The notes: generated by a model from the letters alone, not told the origin. A stretch of 61,310 bases of DNA, filler included, from Cystobasidiomycetes sp. EMM_F5 (GCA_051047955.1; 3 parts of 3 records of this genome joined end to end with filler, not necessarily neighbours in it); one strand, 5' to 3'. Shown: positions 14,550 to 27,417, numbered from the whole stretch's first letter. Numbers and translations: made by a program.

Positions 14550-15789
14550 TCAGCTCTCATTCACGATGCCTTCCGTAACCTTCAAGTCTTCCAGTTTGCC
14601 GGTAGCGATGTCGTACACCCAGCCTACGCGTGATTATCAGCATTCAAAGTTACCCCTGTCAACGGACAAATCATCCGCACCGTGCACAGCGATGCTCCTG
14701 CCACTCCTCCAAGCTGTTTGCAGTACAGAAGAGCTAGCGACGTTGCTGACCTGAGCACACACATTTTGGGTTACTAGAGTGCGTAGTGCGCTGGCATCGC
14801 TCGGGGCGTCGACCTCGCCCGCCGGCGACGATTGCGTTGCGCGAATGTTGGACACTGCAAGTGCACGGATGGGGCTCAGCCACTGCTGAATAGCCTGACT
14901 CCCTTCATCAACTGTGTCGACAGCCGACGCAGCCGTGCGATCCTTGGCGCTTGCAAGAGCAGCTTGCACTCCTCCGCATCCATGATGACCGCAGACGACA
15001 ACGTGTGAAACGCCTAGGACATTGACAGCGTATGCCAAGGCTGCCAGTGCTGAAGTATCCTTATTGTGGAACGTGTTTGCAATGTTACGCTGCGAATAAG
15101 CAGCATCAGTCATTCGTTGCCTACAGCCCGGAATGAGAGTCATTTGTACGTGGACAAACAGATCACCTGGCATAGCACCTGTAATGAGCTATTCATACCG
15201 AGATTCACAATCATTAGCTAGACCTTGGTAATGAATAGCTTGACCCACTTCAGCAGGAACACGGCTATCGCAGCAACCGAGCCAGAATATTGAGGGCTTC
15301 TGCCCTGATTTTGGGATGCAAACGCACTCAGCCTTCTATATGCATTATGCCGCAAGACAATGTCACACCTTTGGCAGTTGTAAGAAATAGCTGGGGGTCC
15401 GTATCCCTCACCCATTTGGCGCTAAGGATAGCATGACGGGCTCGAGGTCAGAATCAGCAGTTTCTTGGCTCTACATCTACCCTACTTTGTCTCGAGCAGA
15501 TGCTCCGGAGTCGGAGCATGATGTCCAGGCTGCCACATTGGTCCCAAAGTTTTGGTAGAGTATGTTCGCGACCGGATGATTGACCAAGGAAACGCGGTCC
15601 GCCCGCTTGCGTGAGGCAGCTGTGCTGCCGTAGAAAGAGATCGAGCAGCCAGTCGAGGTTGTTCAATCCAGATCGAAGGTAGCCGTGCTTCAAGGTTGAG
15701 GAAAACCGGCAAGCGGCGAAGCTGGTCGAGCCAAATGTGAGAATAATGAGCAAACGATCTCAGTGGCAGTTTCAAACTTGGCTGACCAT
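14550..15789 (-). CDS. Beta-carbonic anhydrase with probable mitochondrial presequence
   Basis: GQKPSIFWLGCCDSRVPAE, PGDLFVHRNIAN, VVCGHHGCGG, HGWVYDIATGKL. First coding exon is ATG only (intron 15722-15786), giving MLRRLPVF... Confidence 0.9.
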
Positions 15790-16022
15790 GCAAATTAGCG
15801 AGTGTGTTGTTCCGATGGAAGGAGGACGTAGTACGGCAATTCAAGGATGGAAAGCTAGGGAGACGGGGCAAAAGCTCTTACGATAAATTTGGTGTCTGCA
15901 AACAGGCATTAGCAGCGATTAACAGGCGATTTATATGCAATTGACAATTCCAACGGTGAGAAGATTCGCTCTTGCAATTTCATGATATTATTCGGAGTAT
16001 TGCGCAGAAAAGTAACAATTGT

Positions 16023-18434
16023 CTAACAACCCGTTCCTGGACAGCCAGTAGCTACACCCTTCTCTGGTCCCGCTCCGGCGATAGTGAGAATGGCTTGCAT
16101 GACTCCGCCCAAACCCTCTCCCGTGATCATGCCTGCAGCGAATACGAAAGCCAACTTCTCATAAGAAACTGGCGAGCGACGCTTCCAATACCAGCCAGCG
16201 AGCGCAGCAACCGCCATGGCTGCACCATAGTACGTTTGGTAGATGACAAATGCAAGACCTGCGGCACTCGGATTGGGTACATAACCCTTGTACCTCGCAG
16301 GAATGACATATACTCGCGCCAGAATGATGAGGACAGAGATGATGGTGAAGACGATGGCGAGGATTCCAGAAGTTGTTGGGACTGGTAAGCCTTCGGTTGC
16401 TGTTATGGCGATAGCCACAGATCGCCACGCAGACGCGCTGGGAACGCCATACGGGCAGCTCTTAGGACTGATCTGTATAATGCAAGGTGAAGCAGTCGTA
16501 AACAAAACAAAGAAGGCCACAGAGAGGAAGCACGAGCAGAAGGCGCCAATGAGCTGTGCAAAGTACTGAGTCACTGGCTTGGCTCCAATAAGATGACCAG
16601 TCTTCAGATCCCCAGTCAAATCTGTAGCCTGAGCAGCCGCACCTGCGGAAATCATTCCGCACAAAAGGTTGATTCTGATGGCGTGTAGGTTTCTGCCGGT
16701 AACAGGATCGACACTATCGAGATACTTGCCGTGGGTTGCGCCTCCGACGACGAGCTGTGTAGCCTTAGCGCAAGTCGAGACCGGATTGACGTCCGTGACA
16801 CCGGCGCTTAATACTCCGATGAAGCTGAACAGGAAAGCCAGGATGATGGCCAATATTGACAGACCCACGTTGACTCCGAAGGATACACCTTGCACGATGC
16901 AAGTGAGGGCAACGCCGACAACTGTTACGGGAACCCATATCCACCACCGAACTTGGTCCTTCAACGGCGCTGGATCTACCACCGGCACATCGAGCAGATT
17001 CTTGATCGGCTCCTTGCCTCTCCGTACGCGGATGAAGTTGCGGGCTTTCGTAAAAATCGGTGCCATGCCAGCGGAAATAGTTCTCCATTCAACAGCCAAT
17101 TCAACGAAAGCTGAGACCAACATCACGAGTACACCGATCCAGAGTAAATTATAACGCGGCGATGTTGCTGTAGACGACGGATCCTTTGGTGACATGCTAT
17201 AGTAACTGCGGTAGTAAGGAATGGTGTCGCCATCGGTGGCGTCTTCTGAAATGTCAGAGCCAGTCGCACGGCCGGTAGCGACAAGCGCAGGTCCAATGAT
17301 TCCCCAAGCCAGCACGAAACCGCCGTAAAAGGACAACGAGGCATTGACACCCGATAGAATGCCAGCGCCGAAGAAGGCTGGTGTCCACTCCCACCACCAG
17401 CCCCAATTATCGAGAAGCTGCGCCTTTGGAGCACCCCAGACGGCTATCCAGTTGAAGACACTAAATAGTGTAACAGTTCAGCGACCACAAAATAGTAAGC
17501 GGATATGCAGCACGTACTGCCAGTCGTACAAAACACCTGGAACGTAAGTGGAAGCGATTTTTTGCACGAAACAAACCACAAAAGTCCACAACAGCCAACG
17601 TCCCTTTTGCTTAGCATCAGCAGCTCCGGTTTTGGGTGCATGAAGAGAACGAATAGCGTAGGCGGTCGCCGACGGTGTTGGAAAAACCAGGCGCTGACGC
17701 AAGATGTAGAACTGCAAGAATGTCAGCCCATGTCAGACGTAAAGTGCCTAGCATGCGATCTCACAGCACGGAGCGGGACAGCAAAAGACATGCCGTAGAA
17801 GGCGACGGACAGCATATACCCGATCAGCTTTCCGAAATCATCTTGAGGCTTTGCGCTGAGTAGTCCGAGCTGGTACATTGCGGGAAATCCAGAGACAAAC
17901 AGAATACCCAGCCCTCCAGCAGCGGTAGCTGCGCTTTGGCAAGTGACGTTCTCACGAGGACCGAAGTAGCCCGATCCAAACCAAGCGGGCATAACATTTG
18001 GAATGATGCGCGAGAGGGCTTTTAGAATAATAAAGCCTCCGATTCCGCCCAGAAGCTGAGGACCGAAAGTGAAGCCTGTCTTTAACCCCAGATACAAGTT
18101 TGAAGCCTGTACGACGGCCCCAAGAGCGCATCCTCTAATGAAGACCGAAAATCATTAGAATGAATACCAGCATATGCGTCACCTGTACGTACACGAGAAC
18201 GGCACGGAAAGTGAACTGCGCTGCCTCCTCTGGAAGGCTTGGATCGAGCCTCAGCGGGTCACCGGGAATGTAGTGCTCCTCGACATCTTGGACGTCTAAT
18301 GTGGCTTGATGGTAATCTCCAGTCTCTTTCTTATGATCTCCCAGGTCTTTCTCGACTTCATACTCTGGCGTGACAGGCTGAACCAGATCGTGGGACAGGG
18401 GCTGCGCTGTGACAGCCATTCGTTCGGCGTCCAT
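16023..18434 (-). CDS. OPT/YSL-family oligopeptide transporter
   Basis: QFTFRAVL, ASNLYLGLKTGFTFGPQLLG, FGPRENVTCQSAATAAG, LVFPTPSATA, DLTGDLKTGHL, AGMITGEGLGGV. Confidence 0.93.
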
Positions 18435-19596
18435 AATTGGCGATTTGCTTAGGGCAAACACAGCAAGAACGGTGATGGAAGCAGAGAAGAAACGGGAAAG
18501 GGAGCTAGAGTTAGTGGTGAATTGCCTATCGGAGCAAATAAGAGATTAGAGCCATTCCGCCAGAATCTGTATGGATACCGCGAGGGCGCAGACGAGAGTA
18601 GCTGTAGCACACGGTGCGCAACATGATAGTTGTGTGCTAGCGGGTCTGCTGATCCTACTGAATTGGGCATGCGATAGCAGAAAACGCATGTCTTTTTGCC
18701 ACCGCGTCAAAGGTGTCACATGCGACGGCGACAATCGGCATGCGGTAAAGTGAGCAAGGTCATCAAATGCACACATTTGCGGAGAAAACAGTAGTAGTAG
18801 TAGTGTGCACCGTAGGATATATTATTAGCAATATAAGTTAGCGGCAAGGCAGCGGAACAGCATGAATTTCTTATTATGCTGTAGATACTGAAGTGTTATC
18901 GCTAGTTTGTGGCGTACCCATATTATCAGGCTCTGATAATTGCTATCGATAAATAAAGCTGTAACCCACGGTAGCCGCATTGACGGCTTGGGCTAGTGAT
19001 ACTGTAGTGAATTTGTAATCCGGCTCACGGTTCAAAGACGCTCGCTTGTCGATAATGCACCGATATGTGATACTACCTGAATGACCGGCGTACGACCTAG
19101 TCGCCTTTGCTAGCCTTCATAGGTGGTGCATTACGACTGTACTGTGTAGCGTCTCCAGTGAAGTATCGCTTGATTAGCTGAAGTTAGTACACGACGGGTA
19201 TTAGTGCGCCATACTTTGGCAGACAGACTTCGAGTGCTGTGCAAGGGCGAACCCTCTAACAGGGCTGGTTGTCGCAGATCTGCGTATATATGTAATGGTA
19301 TTTACGAGCCGCATTGTACGGTGCACACTTGTATCAGACTGAATGAATACCTTTCCGCAAGCAGGGCTGTTGCTTTAATCAGCGGGTCTCGATCCCGATT
19401 GCCTATCGTATACTCGCATCTGCTAAATGAAAGCGTCGTGTCATTGGTGACCATTGGGGAAGCAGGCCTGCTGTTGGTATTTGCAGCATCTGCAATGGCC
19501 TAGGCAGTCATAGTATCAAGTAGACGGATTTGACCCGCCATACACATATCACTGCTCGCTCCGGTACGGCTAAGTCGTGGCCTTTTGCAACACCTT

Positions 19597-20669
19597 CTAA
19601 TCAACTTTCTTTGCCGATGCGGAACCCGTCGCGGTACTGTACTTTGCTGACAAGGCATCGTAATCGCTTTGCAATTGCTTGAGTTTTACGCCATCTGCTG
19701 AAGAGTGGGCACCATCTTTGGAGGTGATCTTGTTCTTTTCAATGATGGCAAGCTGTTCCTGACATTTAATGAGATCGAGGATTAGCGTGTACGTGCGGTT
19801 GAGACTGAGGGCCAGAAAGAGCGTGAACTGCGCAAAAAGGTAGTTCAAAGAGCAATTAGCAATCCATTCTGACACCAACATTGTTTACGTACGCCGGTAA
19901 GATACGCATTGCGCTCGGACAGAAACTTGCGGCTTCTCCAATCGGTCTCGGCGCGGAGATCGCCTCTTACGCCTTTCTCTTTCGCAGCAAGACCTTCGTT
20001 GTGTACCCGGAGCATATGTTGCAGCGAGTCTGACAAGTCGACATCCATGTCAACGTGATCACGGCATGTCTGATACGCATTTTGCTCTTACCGATAAACA
20101 ATACTGTGACAAAGCTGTGAAATTGTCAGTTGCTTCATTTCCAGTACAATGCGTGAGAAGCCTACATGAACAGGATCTGAATAGTTTGAGGATCCAACAT
20201 AGCGTTGAGGCAGAAGATCGGCATATCGCCATTAGCTGAAAAGCCATATAATTGTCATAACGGTGGACAGCTGTACCTTCAGGCCGTAAATGCCTCTCGA
20301 CACCATAGGACTGTTTGAAAGGAAGACAAAGAGAGCCTTCCGCCATTTGAACGGCATCGGTACCTACCCAGTTGAACGCATGCTAAATCAGACGATTTGA
20401 GCGAGTGCAGCGCACGACCTACAACCAAGACTATGAAGAGCGCAAGCTGATACACCCGTGAAAGTGCTACTGGTCAGCGGCTGTCGAATATCGCAATTCT
20501 ACGTCATGGTAACTTACCTCGAAAGTGACTAGGAATATGTAGATACGGAAGTTCACATAGTCGCAAGAGTCAGTACAGCACAGTGAGTTTCAGCGACGGC
20601 AGAGGCCCGATGTGCAGCTGCCAGCAACGACGTACGCAATGCGAAGACTAGGCGAAGGTAGAGCGACAT
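19597..20669 (-). CDS. BAP31: B-cell receptor-associated protein 31 homologue (BAP31/Yet3)
   Basis: Spliced MSLYLRLVFALLTFELALFIVLVVPMPFKWRK..., RKFLSERNAYLTGFTLFL, coiled-coil tail ending in the dilysine ER-retrieval motif KKVD. Confidence 0.88.
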
Positions 20670-20988
20670 GATTGAGGCGAAAGCGATATGCCGGCAACGG
20701 TACGGTGCTGAGGCTGACTGAGCGTGATTGTCGACAGGTCACCGAGAAAGGCAGAACAGCTGGGTATTTTCGCGACTTCGCCGTGGGCTGATTTGACTCA
20801 GGCGCAAGTTGGAGGGTAGTCGAAAATGACGTTTGACGCAAATGGTCAAGACGAGAACAACCGGACGACGGGACACAAGCACGTCCGCATACATATCTGT
20901 AACTTGTGAGCATGCACGGACAGCAACTACTGGCTGACTTCTCTGTCTTGAGGTACCGCTAACCAGCATCCATCTGATAGCCGTGCAA

Positions 20989-21965
20989 ATGGCTGTGCGT
21001 GACACGAAGAAATTTCGCAAACCAAAGCGGGGCGGAGGCAAGAGGTGAGTTGGAGGATGCGAAAGATTCTGCTCGTGCTCATGAGAACAAAGCTTAGAAA
21101 CGCACCGCTTGATTTGCTGAATTTGTGACCTCTGAATTGTTGACCGTTCTGCGCAGGTTCACCGATGCACGGACATTGAGCGCCCAGAACCAAGCATCGG
21201 ACGACATTACCGATAGCGAGAGTAAAAGCGACAGCAGTAACGATGACCATGAAGAGAGCTCAAAAGGCAGCACTGCAGACGATAGCGTGGACGCGAATTT
21301 AGATGCGAAACCGCCCGTCACACAAAACAGCGGTGAAGCATTCAACTTAGGCCCACGTTACAATGAGATGCTGACCGACAACATTACAGACGTCGTAGGA
21401 GCATACGCAAGCCTTAGTCTCAACGCGAGTGCGGTGCGCCCGAGTGAACTGCTCCAACAGCCGACCAGCCAACGCGGAATGGTAGTCAATGAATCTAGTT
21501 TAGGTCCTGGGCGAAGTCCATCAAGCAAGCAATCCCGTCACCGCACAGTGGTGTCACATGACTCCGACGAGAAGGTGATATCTGACCGTGCTGCCGTGAA
21601 AGCCGGTCCGTCTGACAAGCAGTCAGAGGATGATCTCAGCATGGGTCTGCTACCCAAAAGGTCAGTCGGCTCTGGTACGACCAATCGCAAGGAGAGGTTA
21701 GTGGTGTATCTCTCCTCAATGTGGCGCGATCATTACCTCATTCTTGAATCCTCTGGAAAGGGAAGCAAAAGCGAGAGCTGATGCGCACGAACGATACCTG
21801 ACTGCAACTCGTGCTGGTAAGACCGATCAGGCTAAATCGGACCTCGCGCGCTTGGCGGAGATCCGTCACCAAAGGGCCCTAGCGGCAGAACGCAGGGAAG
21901 CAGAGCGAAATCAGGCAGAACTTGCCCAAAGAACAGCTTTGACAGGCAGCAGTCGGAAGCAGTGA
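20989..21965 (+). CDS. 28 kDa heat/acid-stable phosphoprotein (PP28/PDAP1-like)
   Basis: N-terminal KPKRGGGKR|F, acidic linker and C-terminal NRKER|EAKARADAHERY...AGKTDQAKSDLARLAEIR PP28 motif. Confidence 0.82.
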
Positions 21966-22140
21966 CGTTGACCTACAGAAGCACATGAGCAGCGCAGGAA
22001 CTACGCGCAGACCCTCGCGACTATGCGATCGCTGAGCGGGCTTGTTTGTAAGCGTTCCGCGCAGGCAATTCTCACCGCAGTACACTGGTACAAATGTATA
22101 GTCTTTTTCGAGCTACAACTTGGGGACGGCCGCAGACAAG

Positions 22141-23529
22141 CTAACAAGCGTTGCGTGCTTCACTCGATTGGAACACCTTGATGCCTTCTGCGTTGTGAAT
22201 GCTGTATCTGGGCTTACTGCTGACATTGAATGGACCATCGTACTCATAAGATTGATATCCAAGGGCAATAGCAGGATCCGCTTGGGTTTCAACATCACTG
22301 CAGGAACCTGTCTTAGCCGGCCTTCCTTGCCCTTAGATGTAACGCTCACCTTCTTAGTGTCACGAGAGTGATTGTCTGTTTATGCTTCAAGTCATCCTCC
22401 GACGCCGGTGTGGACCGTGCCCTTCCTTTTAGGCCCAGCTTTCGAAAGACTAAACTGTAATACGACCAGGCCTCTCCACCAAAGCCAAAGAAAATCATTA
22501 CCAGTATTCCGGCAATAGCGCTGTTCCATTCTGTAAAGGCCGCTCGACCTTTCAAGGGAAAGTAATCCGTGTACGCAAACTGAAGCAAGGTCTGGTTAGG
22601 TTATTGTGTTAGGATCGTGACAATGACCGGGACCCGCCTGTGAATGTATGTATGACCAATGCGACGGAGCATACACTCCAAGTCCTGGAACGCTAGTGAT
22701 GACATTATATATCGAGAGCGGCAGGTTTAGGAGAACCACTGCTGTGGACAGCAGACCAAGGCGCAGAAAGCGGGATGCGGTCAACGCAGAGTTGGAATTA
22801 GTAACTAATCTGTTGAAATCCCATCTATGGCGCATCAAGCGGTAACCGACGTGGACTATCGGTAGGTCAGCCTGATTTTTTCTCGCATAAATACGAAACT
22901 TCACCGTACCTGCTAGGATGCATCCAAAGAAGGAAAGTAACGGCTGCCAGACAATGAAGCACACCCATGCAGTCCAAGTATTCACAATGATTATGAGGCA
23001 ACCAGTCGACCGCGCCACGCCGTTTCGGTATGGTTGGTATAAAATGTGTGTCGCCATAACGAATGCGGGTAATCCGAAACAGAAGCTATAGTCGATGACG
23101 GCTCGCAGATGCCTCTCTCTCTGGGTGATCATTCGGGTAGAAGAACCAACGACTCTGCATAGCAGGAGCAATATGCAGATGTCCGAAGCTAGCATACCAA
23201 TGCCTTGCGCCAGAAGTATCTGAGGGGTAAAGTGGGTAAGCCCGAAGTTTTCATACCTGAAAGGGCACTACCTTCTGAGATATATCACAAAAGACAGGGC
23301 TCCTGTTGATAGCGTCGTCCCGCCAGACAACAGCGTTGACCTTATATACACGTGAGCAATTATGCCACAGCGTACGGGATGTATTTACCAGAGTATTGAG
23401 ATTCGCAAGTATCACCCAAGTGCTCAAGCATACAGGACCAGAGTTGCGGTGTTTGACTTGCCAACACCAGGGAACGATGTTGAACACGATGACCAGTGCA
23501 CTTATGACGATGAAAGGAATGTCAGCCAT
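22141..23529 (-). CDS. STE3: STE3-type pheromone receptor (7-TM GPCR)
   Basis: PWCWQVKHRNSG, NAVVWRDDAINRSPVFCDIS, IDYSFCFGLP...HILYQPYR...GC, LTASRFLRL, WSYIHS, FFGFGGEAWSYY: the STE3 family motif series. Confidence 0.93.
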
Positions 23530-24798
23530 CTGGCAATGACGGAAGATTTGATGTCGATGTGCTGGGACGATTTTGGAGAATTACCAAACTATGGTACAAC
23601 ACTGCGACTGCTGTGTGTATACGTCTCGATAGGCGATATGAATGGGGAAATCACTTATTGTTGATCGAGCTTTCAAAAGCCAACAGAGACGGTCTTTTGT
23701 CAGCATGTATGCTCAATCATAGGCGGATGGGAGCTTTACAGTAGTTACTACACCACAGTGCTGCAACTGAAGTGGTGATACGTCATAAATCACGAGTGTC
23801 GAAGAAGGGAGGCAGGGTGCACCGTGACTTGCAAGAAGCGGCGTCCCCAATGAAGAAAGAGTCAGACCATCGATATCACCTTGGACACCCCGACGCATCC
23901 AAGGAGGCTCAACTGAGTTCATACTGATTTACTAGATACAGTAATTTGTCCAACAAAATCGACTTGCTTCAATTTCCTAGCCCATCGGGATCAAATACAT
24001 ATACATAGACGTGGTCGATTGTTTTCCGTTATGACCAATGCATGATTCTTGCAGTTTGGCTAAAGGCGAAGGAGCAGGTTCTTGTGACTAGTACGCTAAT
24101 AAATATATTCTTCTAATACCGTCTAGACGACTTGTTTTCGCCCATGCAAATCCTTAATTCCACACAGAAAGGGCATTAGTGTTGTACTGTATGATACAGG
24201 GTATGTAGTTAAACCATGACATTGTAGCTCAGCTCATCCAGCCATATGCTTTCCAAGTATGACAGTATGTCAATATTGAAAGGCGGATGCTGCACGTAAA
24301 TCACTCGTTGAGACAGAATCTTGCTAGTGAATGAACTTGCCATATGATTCTCGAATACTAATAGCTCGCGCACGAAAAGAAAAGAAAGGAGCACGGTTAC
24401 TAGTAGGGCATTGATACTAGATCAGGCGTGGCACGCGCGCTTAGGATGGACCATGTGCATAGCTGACGTCAAGCCTGTCAAAGACTCCTTATCTTAGTCC
24501 CACTGGTCAAGGACCATCCACATTAAGATGGCCACGACTAGGTAATGCTCCGGAAGAAGACCCCAGCAATTCATTAGCGCCTCGTTCAGATCGACTAACG
24601 AACCGCGGTTTCTTGAAAGGCCTTATAAGGACTTGCATGAGAAGATTCAGGATTCCCACTTTTGACGAAAGCTTCTACATCCCGATAAGATGAGATCTTT
24701 TACAACTGCCCGATCGACTCGGTGCTGTGGAAGTAACAGTTCAACTGCAGTATCACACACAGATTCTTCAATGCCTTAATGCGGGCAATGCATGTGCC

Positions 24799-25548
24799 TC
24801 AGTAAAAAGTAGAAGGCCGGTTTGCAGTGAAGATGGAGCGACCCTTGATGACTCGGTGTGGTAATGGAAAGCGCAAGTTTGGAACGAGAAGTTGCTTGAT
24901 GTTGGGTCGTCGAATGTCAGAAGTCTTTTCAATTTCTGCTACGCGTAGAATCTGTGTGCGTTGGTTGCCCCCAAAGACCATGCAATCAGTTTTTTTACGT
25001 GGCCGCAGCAGGCACGGCTGAGGGATGCTGCTGTGCTCACCTGGACTGAACGGAAGCGAGCGCGATGACGAGCTGCCATATCCTGGTAGCAAGCCTTGAC
25101 AGCATCGGCGCGTGAGAGCTCTCTGAATTCCTTGTACATGTTGTGTGTACCGGACCGAGAATCGTAACGCAGCCATATTCCGAAATTCTTGACCTTGAGG
25201 GGTTTCCGCTCCGAAATCTGAATGTAGAAGTAGTGTGCGCTGTCAGCCCACGGTCGTCGACAGTTGTCGACTGCCAAGCAGCACACGCACCTCGTTGATG
25301 GCAACGAGCTCTCCTGCTGCCTTTTTTACTTTCCGCAGCTTGCGCAAGTAGTACCAGAATCGAGACTTTGCGACTACTTCATTTGGCGCAAAGACGCGCA
25401 TGCGGTAGAGCTTGGGACTATCATCCTTCTCGGACGGCAGCTTGCGGCCAATTACTTGATATTCCTTCATCGACCTGAAACCGGGTTTGGGAGAAATCCA
25501 AGTGTCAGTCCAGACTTCATAGCAGGGCCGTAATAAGCATACTGACAT
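24799..25548 (-). CDS. RPL20: 60S ribosomal protein L20 (eL20/L18a)
   Basis: [11 protein letters not shown]...[48 protein letters not shown]...RPSTFY. Start codon probably split AT|G by an intron. Confidence 0.96.
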
Positions 25549-25970
25549 GACTGCAGCATGTAACTGTGGACTCCCAGAAGAATTGCAATGGAGTGCAGCA
25601 GCGCTGTCTCCTCGCGGCCCTGCTTCCCTCTGGGAACTCTCGATCATGATGGAAAAATTGCAGAAGCTTGCGGGAAAGGGGCCGGGGAGGATGAACGCAC
25701 GCTGCGAGCTGCCAAGGTGTAGTCGCGCGGAAGGGCTTGTGCTCCTGCTGCGTACAGCGTACAAAGACAATGTCGTCCCCTCCCCGACTGGACGACTCCC
25801 CGACAGCTAACAGCTGACAGCTGACAAAGTGGTATGCGAGATCCTGTTTCCAATGACAAAGCGCAGTGCAGAAATCACACGGCGGATGGATTCAGTCGCT
25901 GCAGTCGTGCCATCCCGGCCAGCCAACCTACATAGCTGGCTGACTCTGATCAAAGATTTAGCTAACGCCG

Positions 25971-26650
25971 ATGCCAACGCCCATCTTTGGGACCCTCCTA
26001 ATCCGTCTCATTGCGCTTGCTGCAGAAGCAGGCATCGAATCCGCCAATGTCTCTGGTCTTTGGACTGGACACCGCAAAATGATCAAAATATTGATGGGGG
26101 AAGACTGTCAAGAAGATGATTTGCCTGCCGAATTTCTCGATGCGTGCAACGGGGCACACCATCGATTTGCCATCACTATCGCTCTCAGCGGTACTATCAT
26201 CATCGTTTCGAGAAGGTTGCGAACGCTTCTTCTCAACATGTACGCCAAACCTCCAGATCTCTCTTCACTCACCCTCCTCATCATCCCGTCTGATTCAATG
26301 GCTGACGACTTGTCCTTTTTGCAAATATCAGCTCCGACTCTATACAGTATGCTGGTTCCGGCAAAATATTCTTCAAAGCTTCTATTGCAAGGCCAACTAA
26401 GAAGACATTGCTCAAGAAGCTCGGCGAAAGCATAAGGCAACGAGATGCAAATGACCTGGTAGCTGCTCAGCTTGTATACGCCCTCAAGCTCAATCTAGTC
26501 CATGCCAGCTGTCTGTCAAGAATTGGGCGCTCCTCTCGCTACACTTGGCGTTCAAACGATAGACTACACTCCCATGGTCAGCTATACGATGGTCATGTGG
26601 CTCATCAGCCAGTCGTGTCCGGTCAAGTGTCGTCTGTGTATGATGATTGA
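25971..26650 (+). CDS. Hypothetical orphan protein (two exons; 5' end uncertain)
   Basis: Removing a GTACGC...GCTGAC...TATCAG intron (26240-26331) joins ORF 25971 in frame to ORF 26408-26650. No recognisable domain. Confidence 0.4.
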
Positions 26651-26718
26651 ACTCTAGTCCATGCTTGGACCCGCTGTCAGTCGCAATATTTTCCCCAACG
26701 AAATGGAAGTGCTGAGAG

Positions 26719-26809
26719 AACCAGATCGAGTCCATACATGCTAGCGGCTAGCTGATTGCAGTATACACACTTGTGTTCGCACAACAGCGTGTCTATGACC
26801 TCCTCATTG
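26719..26809 (-). repeat. Inverted repeat X, copy 2 (right end of contig 1)
   Basis: Reverse complement of 3-93; ends 2 nt before the gap. Confidence 0.95.
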
Positions 26810-26811
26810 TT

Positions 26812-26911
26812 NNNNNNNNNNNNNNNNNNNNNNNNNNNNNNNNNNNNNNNNNNNNTTAATTAATTAANNNNNNNNNNNNNNNNNNNNNNNNNNNNNNNNN
26901 NNNNNNNNNNN
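26812..26911. other. Assembly gap / artificial contig linker
   Basis: 100-nt block of Ns with central TTAATTAATTAA (stop codons in all frames). Confidence 0.98.
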
Positions 26912-27322
26912 TTGAAGGTCCAACAGTTGGTCGGATTGGCAGCTTACTGAGCCGTTATGACAGGCCTAGCCGTTTCTATGTAGAGAGCGCAGATAGTGAC
27001 AGCCATTGTTCCGTGGCGTTTCTAAATAAGGTGTCGGACATCTAAACAGGAAGATAGCACGTTTTCGTACGTCTTCATGCTTGCCGCTTGCAATTGTCGC
27101 CAGGTCGTTGTCACACAAGTTAACGAAGGTTGGCCAGCTAAACACCAATACAGACAGGCACCGGATAAGTCAGTACGACCGGATCAGGGCTTGCTGACCG
27201 CGATGCGTAGCACCGTGGCTTGAGGGTGCTGAATGGTAGTGAAACAGCCGGAATGGTATACGCAGACGACCCAGCCAGTCTCGAGTTCTGCCGGAAGCGG
27301 CGTGAGACATAGCATTGAGGAG
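26912..27322 (+). repeat. Inverted repeat Y, copy 1 (left end of contig 2)
   Basis: Reverse complement of 50618-51027. About 6 mismatches in the first ~100 nt including a 44-nt exact match, then progressively more diverged to about 410 bp. Confidence 0.95.
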
Positions 27323-27417
27323 CATGTCAACAGAGTCTGAAAGTCAACGCGATATTGCCGAGCGCGTTCTCATGTTTTCATCTGTTTCACGACAAGAGTT
27401 CGGATTACAGAGTCTGT

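Noticed and set aside
23530..24798. Pheromone precursor ORF between STE3 and RPL20
   Set aside because: Manual scan found only near-misses (CSTVV-stop on minus near 23750; CCTV-stop near 24180 preceded by an in-frame stop). No ATG-initiated CAAX ORF was seen, though a spliced one cannot be fully excluded.
26856..26867. TTAATTAATTAA palindrome (also 51072-51083) as a biological site
   Set aside because: Identical and centred in 100-nt N blocks: an artificial linker.
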